From Bacteroidales bacterium (lineage in GTDB: Bacteria; Bacteroidota; Bacteroidia; Bacteroidales; VadinHA17), in contig JAAYKX010000024.1 of assembly GCA_012522155.1 (NCBI GenBank), forward strand, positions 1,893 through 65,892: a stretch of 64,000 nt of DNA, given 5' to 3'. A program made the position numbers and the translations under genes. This document shows, piece by piece, positions 18,121 to 27,703 of this stretch. The notes under the pieces are model-generated. The model saw only the letters and a list, made by a program, of their open reading frames with translations. It had not been told where the DNA came from and ran no database searches. The stretch's first letter is position 1; every line of letters begins with the position of its first letter.

Positions 18121-19455
18121 TTATTTGCCTCCTATCTGCATTTCAGCTATCCTGAATGTCGGTGAGGCAAAGCTCTTGTCCATATCCAGATCATTTCCCA
18201 TCATGTCCAGTGCATTCAGAATATCAAATCCGCGTCCGGCAATTGTAACACCCCTGACCGGATGAACTATCTCGCCCTTTTCAATCCACAGTCCGCTGGC
18301 CCCGCCGCTGAAATTCCCGCTTACCGGGTCAATACCGTAACCGGTCAGTTCAAGTACCAGCAGTCCCTTTGCTGTTGAGGCAATTATTTCATCCCTGGAA
18401 TGATCGCCGGGATCCAGGTATATCCTGTGTGTTCCGATATCTGGCAATGAACTGTATCCCCTGCGTATTGCATTCCCTGTACTTGTCACACCTGCCCTCC
18501 CGGCAGCCCTTGTATCATATATAAAATTTCTGAGAATACCCCGCTCGGCAATTATGTTTCTGGCTGTCGGAACACCTTCCCCGTCAAAGGGAGAACTTCC
18601 CGGACTGCGCGGCATGGTCCCGTCATCGGTTATACTCAGGAGTGATGATGCAAACTGCCTGTTCATATGATCCCTGAGGAAGCTGGCGCCCTGAAGCACG
18701 CGTTCACCGTTTACCGCGGTGATGATCCCGCCCAGCAGGCTCCTGGCCACGTCCGGATCAATAATGACAGCTGCTTTCTGGGTTTTTATCATCACCGGAT
18801 CAAGAAGCTTTACTGCCTTCCCGGAAGCCCCTGCAGCAATCTTTTCCACATCAGGCAGATCATGAAAAAAGACCCTGGTGCTGTATTCTCCCCCCGTATT
18901 TTTCTGATCTCCCTTTTCTGCCACAACAGATACACGCAGCGAGCACAGTGATGATTTGAAGCTTTTCAGTATCCCGTTGGAATTTGCTATAAATATTTCT
19001 GATTCATTTTCCCCGTAGCCCGCACCGGAACTTTTTGTAACCCCGGGATCCCTCATCGCAGCCTTTTCCAGCTCCAGTACCATTCCGATCTTTGTATCCA
19101 TGGACACGGCGCCAAGCTCCGGATCATACAGATCAGCCACCTGTGTAACTCCCCTGTCTCCCGTCAGTACATTACTGTCATCGGGTGAGGACAGGCGTGC
19201 AAATGATACGGCTCTGTCAATAGTATCCTCAAGGGCTTTTGAATTGAAATCATTGCAATGGCTGAATCCCATCTTCCCGTCAGTGAATACCCTGAATCCC
19301 ACCCCGCGGGATGAAGCCTCCTCAATAGTTTCAACTTCCGATCTGAGTATGCCTATTGAAAGATTCCTGCTTGTCTGAATGAATACCTCCGCCGCATCCG
19401 CACCGGCTTTCATACATTTTTTAAGCAGCTTTTCCGATAAATCGATATTATTCAT
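18121..19455 (-). CDS. pmbA: TldE/PmbA-family metalloprotease subunit (no signal peptide)
   Basis: PmbA/TldD fold motifs are present (GFRVFTDGKMGFSH, FDGEGVPT, GNFSGGASGLWIEKGEI). I set the start at the ATG at 19455 (MNNIDLSEKLL), 19 bp after the tldD stop, rather than the track's 19497. Confidence 0.82.
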   Translation of the reverse strand: MNNIDLSEKLLKKCMKAGADAAEVFIQTSRNLSIGILRSEVETIEEASSRGVGFRVFTDGKMGFSHCNDFNSKALEDTIDRAVSFARLSSPDDSNVLTGDRGVTQVADLYDPELGAVSMDTKIGMVLELEKAAMRDPGVTKSSGAGYGENESEIFIANSNGILKSFKSSLCSLRVSVVAEKGDQKNTGGEYSTRVFFHDLPDVEKIAAGASGKAVKLLDPVMIKTQKAAVIIDPDVARSLLGGIITAVNGERVLQGASFLRDHMNRQFASSLLSITDDGTMPRSPGSSPFDGEGVPTARNIIAERGILRNFIYDTRAAGRAGVTSTGNAIRRGYSSLPDIGTHRIYLDPGDHSRDEIIASTAKGLLVLELTGYGIDPVSGNFSGGASGLWIEKGEIVHPVRGVTIAGRGFDILNALDMMGNDLDMDKSFASPTFRIAEMQIGGK

Positions 19456-19474
19456 TTTTTTCTTCTGTTTGTTG

Positions 19475-21007
19475 TTATGCCCTGCTTCCTCCCACATTGA
19501 TACCTCTGATCCTTACTGTCGGCTGGCCGGCAGTAACTTCCGCAGATTGTCCCTTGCCACATATTCCCGGCCCGAAGTCCAGGTCATTGCCCACTGCATC
19601 TATGTTTGAAATAACGTCCATACAGGAACCTATAAGTGTTGCTCCCCTTATGGGTTTTGTCTTTTTCCCGTTCTCTATCAGGTAGGCCTCCCTGCAGGTA
19701 AAATTGAAAACCCCTGTAACGGGATTGACACTTCCGCCACTGAGGCTCTGAACATAAATACCCTTTTTTGTTGATGCAAGAATATCACCGGGATCATCCC
19801 TGCCTTCTGCAATAAAAGTGTTTGTCATGCGGGGAATAGGTATATACCTGAAGGATTCCCTCCGCCCGTTTCCTGTTCTTTTCATTGACAATTGTTTTGC
19901 ACTCAGTATATCAGTCATGAAACCTTTCAGGACACCATTTTCTATCAACACGTTTCTCTGAGCCGGAGTACCTTCATCGTCAAAATTTATCGTACCGCGG
20001 AAATTGGGCAGAGTCCCGTCATCAATCATTGTAAAGCATTCATTCGCCACCTTTTGTCCCATTTTCCCGGTAAAGGCACCAGTTTCTTTTGCAATATTAT
20101 CAGCTTCCAGCGGATGTCCCACGGCTTCATGAACAAGAACACCGCCCCAGCCGTTCTGCATGACCACATCCATTATCCCGGCCGGCGCATCCCCGGCATC
20201 GAGCATGGCGATTGCCTCCCTTGATGCATTCCTCGCCACCGTTTCTGGACTCACATTTTCAAACATTTCAAAACCCGAGTGAAAACTGACCCTTTCCCGG
20301 GCCATATGCCGGCTTGTTCCGTCATCTCCCATCACCTGCACAACAAAGAAAAGGAGCGGGAGCTCATCTTCCAGAAAAAGCCCTTCACTGTTGGCAATGA
20401 TCCTGCTTCTTACCTCATCGTTATATTCTATCAGGGCCATCCTTATCCTCGGATCATAATCCTTTGCTGCCTGATCAGCCCTTTTCATCATTTCAATCCT
20501 CCTGTCATCGCTAACCTCATGCAGGGGTACCTCCACTGTTACCCATGATTCCCTGGATGCAGCCGACACATTTACAGGAGTGGTTCCGGCCCCGCCTCTG
20601 GCGATAAAAGAAGCTACACCGGCGGCATGCAACAGCTTTTTCTCTGTTATCTCATCGGTATAGGCATATCCTGTTTTATTTCCGGATATCACCCTCACGC
20701 CTGCACCCCTGGATATGCCGTAAAGGCCGCCGCGAAACTGTGATTCCTCCATAATTATCTGCCTGGAAACCCGGTTTTCAAGATAGACATCGGCAAAATC
20801 CCCGCCATTGGCCAGGGCCCTGGCAATCACCCTGTCGAGGACGGCCTTGTCCATACCGAATTCCCCGCTGTCCTTCGCAGAGCCGCCGCATGAAGTAAGC
20901 TGAGTCAGAAGGGCCGGTGCCGATGCTATCAGCAGACCGCCCCTGATACTCATTTCAAAAAATCTACGCCTGGGAATATTCCCGGCACTGTATTTTTCAA
21001 TTTCCAT
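19475..21007 (-). CDS. tldD: TldD-family metalloprotease with twin-arginine signal and lipobox
   Basis: The HEAVGHPLE zinc motif and the TldD body are present. From the ATG at 21007 the N-terminus is MEIEKYSAGNIPRRRFFEMSIRGGLLIASAPALLTQLTSCGGS, which contains an RR motif, an h-region and the lipobox LTSC. Confidence 0.82.
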   Translation of the reverse strand: MEIEKYSAGNIPRRRFFEMSIRGGLLIASAPALLTQLTSCGGSAKDSGEFGMDKAVLDRVIARALANGGDFADVYLENRVSRQIIMEESQFRGGLYGISRGAGVRVISGNKTGYAYTDEITEKKLLHAAGVASFIARGGAGTTPVNVSAASRESWVTVEVPLHEVSDDRRIEMMKRADQAAKDYDPRIRMALIEYNDEVRSRIIANSEGLFLEDELPLLFFVVQVMGDDGTSRHMARERVSFHSGFEMFENVSPETVARNASREAIAMLDAGDAPAGIMDVVMQNGWGGVLVHEAVGHPLEADNIAKETGAFTGKMGQKVANECFTMIDDGTLPNFRGTINFDDEGTPAQRNVLIENGVLKGFMTDILSAKQLSMKRTGNGRRESFRYIPIPRMTNTFIAEGRDDPGDILASTKKGIYVQSLSGGSVNPVTGVFNFTCREAYLIENGKKTKPIRGATLIGSCMDVISNIDAVGNDLDFGPGICGKGQSAEVTAGQPTVRIRGINVGGSRA

Positions 21008-21136
21008 ATATTTTATTTTTCTATAATCCTGATCCCTAATTCCGGATCCGGCCCCTAAAATTAACAATTTTTATGATCGGCTAAGCTGTTCCGGTTTATC
21101 CGGGACTCACCACGGTTCAGCGGGAACCTGTACGGT

Positions 21137-23077
21137 TTACCGGATTATAAAATCCCTGTCTTTCAAAACACCGCCTCTGGTTGAATACACACTCGCCCTG
21201 CCTGCCAGTTCATCTTTTTTATAAAGCCTTATATTGAAAACCCCGGTACATACCTCACCGCCATCGGTGAAGGGAACATCCCTGGAAACGGGTCCCGCCG
21301 GCTGCAGTCTGCTTCCCGGCTGATTCCTGTCCCGGCCTTCCCTGCCAGCCTTTTTCCCGGTATCGGGAAGGATCCTGTAGGGCAGACTGCCACCGGATGT
21401 TCCGGCGGTATCCAGCTCAAGAACAATCCTGTCGCGGGTGACTATCTTCACCAGATATGCCTGTTTGAAAGCAGTAGGCAGTTTGCCGCTGTTTTTGAAA
21501 CTGACCTTAACCTGGTAATCGGCAGAATCCGTTTTGTATGACCTTATCTTTTTTGTTTCGATATTTTCCCATGTCAGTTCCGGAAGGTGTCCGGCCATTT
21601 CAATATTGAAAAGGGCCTGGTTCCTGATCCAGGTTTCCAGATGGCGTGCGGGAGGATTCTGCAGAAAAAATTTGGGATCAAAGCCTCCGATCTCTACTTC
21701 ACCCAGATCAGGATGCATGATCTTTTCCCAGTCCTTGAATCCTTCACCTTCGTTTTCCTTTTCATCCCAGATAAGCATATCTATCTGGTCTGTTAGCCCG
21801 TCGCCGTTCAGATCCCCGAACCTGCCACTGTTCCATATTTCATCGCCGTACCAGACCGCACCGTAATACCAGTATCCGAAATCCGGACCATGACCAAAAA
21901 GTGGATTTCCTCCCCCGTAATCATTGTATACATCACCTGCCCTGGCATAACCTGTAATTTTTTTACCCAGTTCATCAAAATACCGATACCACTTCAGGTC
22001 CTCGGGATACATCCGCTCTTCAGAACCGGATGTTGACGGGGGTCTGAGATGCATCGGCACACTGGTATCCATAGAGTTCACAACATAGATATTGGGATGC
22101 GACAGAAGAAATGCAACCACTGACCTGGTTTCCGGTTCGCTGAGAGGATATTCCCCGGCACCTCCCTGTCTGTATCCGCGACCGGTCTCTTCGGTATGCG
22201 GCCTCCAGTTTTCCGGATAATTACGGTGAAGATCGAGGCCCCCGATCCCGTCCTCGTTTATCCGCCCGTCTCCGTCATTATCAATACCTTCTGTTGATGA
22301 GAGATAAATTCTCTCCCCCGGTGCCACTCTCTTCATAATTCTTCCGGAAGGATCCCCCGGATCAGGTATCAGGTTTCCGTTCTTTTCATCCTTCCAGCGC
22401 ATGGTATGAATAATACCATCACTGTTCAGGTCGTCGGGCGGATCCTCATCCAGAAGGCCGTCCCCGTCGTTGTCAAAGGGCCTGACAGTACTCCTGTTGC
22501 TCTGGGCCGTATGCATATAGAGGTTATGCCCGTCAGGATTATTCACCGGACGCAGGTATATAGCCCTTTTATCCAGAAGATGAGTAATGTCCGGGTCTTT
22601 CCCGTAATTTTCAAGCAGGTATTGGGCAAGCCACATCACCGTTTCCGAAGCAGTTACCTCCCCGCTGTGCCTTCCTCCTTCGAAAAATGCCGCCGGCTTG
22701 TCAGTATCCCTGCCGGTTTTCCTGTTTGTAACGGTAATCTGCATTATGGGCCTTCCCTCATAACTTCTTCCCACTTCATATAATTCCACCAGATCACTGT
22801 ATCTTTCAGCCCAGATCTCCAGCCAGTCGTAAATAACATCCAGGGAATGATAATTGTCGAAAAGGAGTTTCTCTCCTGTTTCATACTGAACATTCGGATG
22901 ACGCACTTTCGGAAAATAATTTACCCCATGCCTCATACCACTCAGAGTATAATAGGCAATCCCTTCGTTTGCCGAAGCTTCCCGGGAGCGGGGCTGAACC
23001 CCGAAGTCAGGCCGGGGCTGGCCATAAAGCATTGCTGTGCAAATGACACAAAAAGTGAACACTGTAAATTTCTTCAT
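21137..23077 (-). CDS. secreted M14-family zinc carboxypeptidase with calcium-binding (thrombospondin type-3-like) D-rich inserts
   Basis: Signal peptide MKKFTVFTFCVICTAMLYG. M14 context YEVGRSYEGRPIMQITVTN ... FFEGGRHSGEVTASE (HxxE zinc ligands). DNDGDGLLDED, DNDGDGRINEDG and DLNGDGLTDQ repeats are present. Confidence 0.82.
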   Translation of the reverse strand: MKKFTVFTFCVICTAMLYGQPRPDFGVQPRSREASANEGIAYYTLSGMRHGVNYFPKVRHPNVQYETGEKLLFDNYHSLDVIYDWLEIWAERYSDLVELYEVGRSYEGRPIMQITVTNRKTGRDTDKPAAFFEGGRHSGEVTASETVMWLAQYLLENYGKDPDITHLLDKRAIYLRPVNNPDGHNLYMHTAQSNRSTVRPFDNDGDGLLDEDPPDDLNSDGIIHTMRWKDEKNGNLIPDPGDPSGRIMKRVAPGERIYLSSTEGIDNDGDGRINEDGIGGLDLHRNYPENWRPHTEETGRGYRQGGAGEYPLSEPETRSVVAFLLSHPNIYVVNSMDTSVPMHLRPPSTSGSEERMYPEDLKWYRYFDELGKKITGYARAGDVYNDYGGGNPLFGHGPDFGYWYYGAVWYGDEIWNSGRFGDLNGDGLTDQIDMLIWDEKENEGEGFKDWEKIMHPDLGEVEIGGFDPKFFLQNPPARHLETWIRNQALFNIEMAGHLPELTWENIETKKIRSYKTDSADYQVKVSFKNSGKLPTAFKQAYLVKIVTRDRIVLELDTAGTSGGSLPYRILPDTGKKAGREGRDRNQPGSRLQPAGPVSRDVPFTDGGEVCTGVFNIRLYKKDELAGRASVYSTRGGVLKDRDFIIR

Positions 23078-23109
23078 AAACGGCAGTACAGATATAATAA
23101 CGGGTTTAA

Positions 23110-23805
23110 TTATCCTCTTTTTGAGAGTATTTCAAGCTTTTCAACATCTGATATCTCGATTGTCTTGCCATATACCCTGATAATTCCTTCCTTTTTGAAA
23201 TCAGAAAGTGTCCTGATCACATTTGCGGTACTCATCCCGATATAATCGGCAATTTCTTTTCTTGAAACCGGCAGGTCAAAGATTCTCGAGTTATATATCT
23301 CACCGCTGAAATAAAGAAGCGAATATGCAATACGGCCTATCAGATTTTTCTGTCTCAGATCAAGAGTCTGTTCTATGATCTTTTCATTGACCTCCGCGAT
23401 TCTTGTCAGCAACATCATTGAAAAAGCACCGTTTTTCATTAAAAGACTCTTAATATAGTCGGGACTGATATTACATACAACTGAATCTTCTAGAGCAGAA
23501 ACTGAATAACGGTAGTTATTGCCTGAAAAAACATTCATGTTACTGACAAATTCAAAAGGCCTGGTGATTGTTACTATCTGCTCGTCTCCTGAACTCGTCC
23601 TGCGGAACACCTTCACCAGTCCGGTCTTCAAATATTTAAAGTTCGTAATCTTCTCTCCCACATGATGTATCACTTCTCCCTTCCGGTATGAATATTCCTT
23701 CTTGTTCCTGCAAAACTCATCTATTTCTTTTTCACTGAGAGTTTCCAATACGATGCTTCTGAATTCACAGTTGTCACAAACACAATCTATGTCTTTTAGT
23801 TCCAT
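23110..23805 (-). CDS. Crp/Fnr family transcriptional regulator (N-terminal Cys cluster)
   Basis: cNMP-binding-like beta-roll plus a C-terminal HTH (SRKEIADYIGMSTANVIRTLSDFKKEGII). The N-terminus carries CVCDNC. Confidence 0.85.
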   Translation of the reverse strand: MELKDIDCVCDNCEFRSIVLETLSEKEIDEFCRNKKEYSYRKGEVIHHVGEKITNFKYLKTGLVKVFRRTSSGDEQIVTITRPFEFVSNMNVFSGNNYRYSVSALEDSVVCNISPDYIKSLLMKNGAFSMMLLTRIAEVNEKIIEQTLDLRQKNLIGRIAYSLLYFSGEIYNSRIFDLPVSRKEIADYIGMSTANVIRTLSDFKKEGIIRVYGKTIEISDVEKLEILSKRG

Positions 23806-23947
23806 ATTTACAGCTCCTTCGCAAATTTACATTTTTCCCGTTCATTATCGCCTTCAGCCGGCCTGAATTATAACGGCTGTTTGCTTTATTAACAAATTTA
23901 GGACTACTTTGATCACTTTTAGCCCATTTATAAAACAAGATTCATTT

Positions 23948-24733
23948 ATGCATTACAAAACCGACTATCATGTACACACCACCTTCAGCGACGGAAAATC
24001 AGCTCCTGAAGAATATATTGCCCCGGCAACCGAAGCCGGCTTGTCGGAACTGGGCTTTTCAGAACATCTTTCCCTTTTCGACAGGGATCAGTACTGGGTG
24101 ATGGATCCGGATGAAACCGGCAGATATCTCGAATATATAGCCAACTTGAGAAAAGAAACAGAAAACCTGATTATCAGAACCGGTCTTGAGATTGATTATG
24201 TTGAAGGAAAGGATAAAGAGATCAGGGATTTCCTTGACGGTATTGAACTTGACTACCGTATCGGTGCGGTTCATTATCTTGGGGAAAAAACAGTGGACGA
24301 GGGTCCTGCCTTTTATGAAGGCAAAAACTTTGACCAGCTTTTTAAAACCTATTTCTCCATGGTTAACCGTGCAGTGTCATCGGAAATTTTTGACATCATC
24401 GCCCACTGCGATCTTATCAGGATTTTCGGCCACAAGCCTTCCTTTGATCCGGAACCCCTGTACAGGGAGCTTGCAGGGACAATGAAAAAACATGATGTCG
24501 TTTTCGAGATCAATACCAATGGCAGAAACAGGCCTGTGGGCGAATTTTATCCCGACCCGCAGTTTCTGAAGGTGTTTGCAGAAAAAAAAGTTGCTGTATG
24601 TGTCAATTCTGATGCACACATACCTTCCAGGGTGGGACAGTATTTTGATGAAGCCTACCAGCTGCTGAGATCACATGGCTTCAGGGAAATGGTAACCTTC
24701 AACAAGCGCCGGAGAACAACGGTAAAGCTCTGA
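23948..24733 (+). CDS. histidinol-phosphatase HisJ family (PHP domain) protein
   Basis: The PHP motifs DYHVHTTFSDGK, GFSEH, HCD and NSDAH are present. I moved the start to the ATG at 23948 (the track used a TTG at 23909). Confidence 0.8.
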   Translation: MHYKTDYHVHTTFSDGKSAPEEYIAPATEAGLSELGFSEHLSLFDRDQYWVMDPDETGRYLEYIANLRKETENLIIRTGLEIDYVEGKDKEIRDFLDGIELDYRIGAVHYLGEKTVDEGPAFYEGKNFDQLFKTYFSMVNRAVSSEIFDIIAHCDLIRIFGHKPSFDPEPLYRELAGTMKKHDVVFEINTNGRNRPVGEFYPDPQFLKVFAEKKVAVCVNSDAHIPSRVGQYFDEAYQLLRSHGFREMVTFNKRRRTTVKL

Positions 24734-24790
24734 GCCAGCCCGGCCATAACGGCGTCTCAGAACCCCTGTCCGGGAAACAGTGAACAGCTG

Positions 24791-24808
24791 CCGGAAAAAA
24801 ATTTCCGG
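24791..24808. other. perfect hairpin CCGGAAA-AAAA-TTTCCGG (possible terminator or solitary REP-like unit)
   Basis: A 7-bp perfect stem with a 4-nt loop, 58 bp after the hisJ-family stop and 33 bp before the dtd -7 box. It shares the CCGGAA..TTCCGG core with the 49.6-kb array. Confidence 0.3.
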
Positions 24809-24840
24809 GAAACAAATAAGGGCTTGTCAAATTGATCTTT

Positions 24841-24848
24841 TATATTTG
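24841..24848 (+). promoter_or_regulatory. candidate -7 box (TATATTTG) for dtd
   Basis: Exact TAnnTTTG match 25 bp upstream of the ATG at 24873. It lies inside the track's longer ORF, which supports the shorter start. Confidence 0.35.
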
Positions 24849-24872
24849 CAGGCTTTAAACAAGCCGGAAAAT

Positions 24873-25325
24873 ATGAGAGCAGTCATCCAGCGGGTAAAAA
24901 AGTCAGTCGTCAGCAGTGAAAAGGGGATCCTGGCATCCGGAGGTCCCGGATTGTTGATTCTTGCCGGTTTTGAAGAAGCGGACAGTGCGGAAGATGTAGA
25001 ATGGCTGAGCAACAAACTAATCCGGCTCAGAATATTCAACGACAAAAATGGTGTTATGAACCTTTCCGTAGGTGATACGGGAGGCGATATTACCGTGGTC
25101 AGCCAGTTTACTCTTCATGCCAGGACAAAAAAAGGAAACAGGCCTTCATATACCAGGGCTGCCGCCCCTGAGAAAGCAATACCCCTTTATGAAATGTTTG
25201 TGTCAAAGCTCACGGAGCTTCTCGGAAAACCTGTCGGAACCGGTGAGTTTGGTGCCGGGATGCTTGTTGAAATACACAATGACGGTCCTGTCACAATAAT
25301 AATTGATACCAGGGACAAAGAGTGA
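24873..25325 (+). CDS. dtd: D-aminoacyl-tRNA deacylase
   Basis: MRAVIQRV start, SQFTL and NDGPVT motifs, 150 aa. Confidence 0.92.
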   Translation: MRAVIQRVKKSVVSSEKGILASGGPGLLILAGFEEADSAEDVEWLSNKLIRLRIFNDKNGVMNLSVGDTGGDITVVSQFTLHARTKKGNRPSYTRAAAPEKAIPLYEMFVSKLTELLGKPVGTGEFGAGMLVEIHNDGPVTIIIDTRDKE

Positions 25326-25330
25326 TTCCG

Positions 25331-26713
25331 ATGAATAAAAACCAAACTGCCCGGGCTGAAAAGAGCATGAAAAGATCCGTATTGCTTGTCACGGCTTTTG
25401 CATCCTTTCTCACCCCCTTCCTGGGCTCGGCAATAAACCTTGCCCTGCCAGCCATCGGAAATGAGTTTCAAACCACTGCAGTGGAACTCGGATGGATAGT
25501 AAGCAGCTTTATTCTGACATCCGCAATTTTCCTTCTCCCCTTCGGCAGACTTGCTGATATTGCCGGCAGAAAGAAAATTTTCAAATACGGTATATTCCTT
25601 TTCACCCTGTCCGCATTTTTGATAATATTCTCATGGAACACAGTATCATTGATCGCTTTCAGGATAATACAGGGCATTGCGGGAGCAATGATATTCGGAA
25701 CCAGCATGGCTATCCTGACTTCGGTTTTCGAACCCGGGGAAAGAGGAAGGGCCATGGGAATAAATACCACTGCTGTCTATGCAGGACTATCCAGCGGACC
25801 TGTGATCGGAGGACTGCTTACACAGCATTTCGGATGGAGAAGCATCTTCATCCTTCTTGTTCCTCTGGGTATAATATCCCTGTACCTGATATTTACCAGA
25901 ATAAAAACAGAATGGTCTGAAGCGAAAGGTGAAAAATTTGACTGGACCGGTTCTGTTATCTATGGTATTTCACTTGCTTCCTTTATGCTTGGCTTTTCCA
26001 GACTGCCGGCAGCAGAAGGCTTTGTGATGATAGGAATTTCCGTTTTGCTGGGACTGGCATTCATTTTTTACGAGAAAAACATTGAAAACCCGGTCTTTGA
26101 TATCAGGCTGATGCTCAGGAACAGGGTTTTTGCATTTTCCGGCATTGCCGCCCTGATCCATTATTCAGCCACTTCCGCCACGGGATTCTTCCTCAGCCTT
26201 TATCTCCAGTACCTGAAAGGGTTTGATGCCAGAACCGCAGGACTGGTACTTATATCCCAGCCCCTGATGATGGCACTGCTGTCCACTTTTGCAGGAAAAT
26301 TATCCGACAGATATAATCCGGGAATAATTGCATCATACGGAATGGCCCTGACATCATTGGGACTGATAATGCTTTGTTTCATAACCCAGGACAGCCCCCT
26401 GGTACTTATAATCATCCTGCTTGCAGTAATGGGCATCGGCTTCGGCCTGTTTGCCTCACCCAATTCAAATGCCATCATGAGCTCGGTGGAAAAAAGACAT
26501 CTGGGCGTGGCATCTGCCGTCCTGGGAACAATGAGAATGATAGGACAGATGACGAGCATGGGAATTGCAATGATGCTTCTTGCTCTGTATATGGGGCAGC
26601 AAGCCATTGTGCCCGAGTCCTATCCCGGACTGATGACCGGAATGCGTACCGGATTTATAATTTTTTCCATTCTTTGCATTACAGGCATATTTGCTTCCCT
26701 TGCAAGGAAATAA
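25331..26713 (+). CDS. MFS transporter, DHA2/EmrB-like (about 14 TM)
   Basis: MFS motif A (GRLADIAGRKKIF), about 14 hydrophobic segments and a 460-aa length. The start is either the ATG at 25331 or the GTG at 25322, which overlaps the dtd stop. Confidence 0.82.
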   Translation: MNKNQTARAEKSMKRSVLLVTAFASFLTPFLGSAINLALPAIGNEFQTTAVELGWIVSSFILTSAIFLLPFGRLADIAGRKKIFKYGIFLFTLSAFLIIFSWNTVSLIAFRIIQGIAGAMIFGTSMAILTSVFEPGERGRAMGINTTAVYAGLSSGPVIGGLLTQHFGWRSIFILLVPLGIISLYLIFTRIKTEWSEAKGEKFDWTGSVIYGISLASFMLGFSRLPAAEGFVMIGISVLLGLAFIFYEKNIENPVFDIRLMLRNRVFAFSGIAALIHYSATSATGFFLSLYLQYLKGFDARTAGLVLISQPLMMALLSTFAGKLSDRYNPGIIASYGMALTSLGLIMLCFITQDSPLVLIIILLAVMGIGFGLFASPNSNAIMSSVEKRHLGVASAVLGTMRMIGQMTSMGIAMMLLALYMGQQAIVPESYPGLMTGMRTGFIIFSILCITGIFASLARK

Positions 26714-26830
26714 TTGTATAAACCCGGACACAGGGGGATAAATTTGTTAAAAACATATTTTTCAATATAAAAAACACTAAATTGGCCCACGTCTATTACA
26801 TTTTTTATTGATTTACTTTAACCTGATGTC

Positions 26831-27703
26831 ATGACCAAATTATATGAGAAACTGATAAAGCAATGCCCTTCTGAATCAGAGATTAAAAAAGAACTGAAGA
26901 AAGTATCGGAAGTCATGGCAGAGATCCCTGACAAATATCTTCTGATGACAATACTGAGCTGCCTTGACCATACCAGTCTGGGCACTTCCGACAATAAGAG
27001 CCATATATTGCAGCTCACAGGTAAAATCAACAGTTTTTCAGGCAGGTTTACCAATATTCCAAATGTTGCGGCCATATGTGTGTTCCCGAATTTTGTATCT
27101 GTTGTAAAGGAAAAGCTTACAGCCAAAACTGTAAAAACAGCCACTGTTGCAGGATCCTTTCCCACAGCACAGACTTTCCGTTCCATAAAACTGGCCGAAT
27201 GCAAGCTGGCCCTGGAAGCCGGAGCTGATGAAATAGATCTGGTAATATCCGTAGGCTCTTTCCTGAACAATGATTTTGCAGCAGTTGCGGATGAAATACG
27301 GGAAATAAAACAAGCCATGGGCAACAAGGTTTTGAAGATCATAATAGAATCCGGACTGCTTGGAGATCATGCGAACATATTCAAGGCATCAATGATAGCA
27401 ATGGATGCCGGAGCAGATTTTATCAAAACATCTTCGGGAAAAACCAGCATATCCGCAACACCCGAAGCGGCATTTGTTATGTGCAGGGCAATATCCCATT
27501 TCTATTCCGAAACGGGTATAAAGGTAGGATTCAAGCCTGCAGGAGGAATTGTAAGCGTAAATGATGCCCTGACATATTACAGGATTACAGAACACTGCCT
27601 GGGGAAGGAATGGCTTAACAATAATTATTTCAGGATCGGATCCAGCCGTCTGGCAAACAATATATTGTCTGAAATTGCCGGAGAAAGACATGATCATTTT
27701 TGA
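26831..27703 (+). CDS. deoC: deoxyribose-phosphate aldolase
   Basis: LDHTSL, EIDLVISVG, KIIIESGLL and DFIKTSSGK (Schiff-base Lys context). Confidence 0.88.
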   Translation: MTKLYEKLIKQCPSESEIKKELKKVSEVMAEIPDKYLLMTILSCLDHTSLGTSDNKSHILQLTGKINSFSGRFTNIPNVAAICVFPNFVSVVKEKLTAKTVKTATVAGSFPTAQTFRSIKLAECKLALEAGADEIDLVISVGSFLNNDFAAVADEIREIKQAMGNKVLKIIIESGLLGDHANIFKASMIAMDAGADFIKTSSGKTSISATPEAAFVMCRAISHFYSETGIKVGFKPAGGIVSVNDALTYYRITEHCLGKEWLNNNYFRIGSSRLANNILSEIAGERHDHF

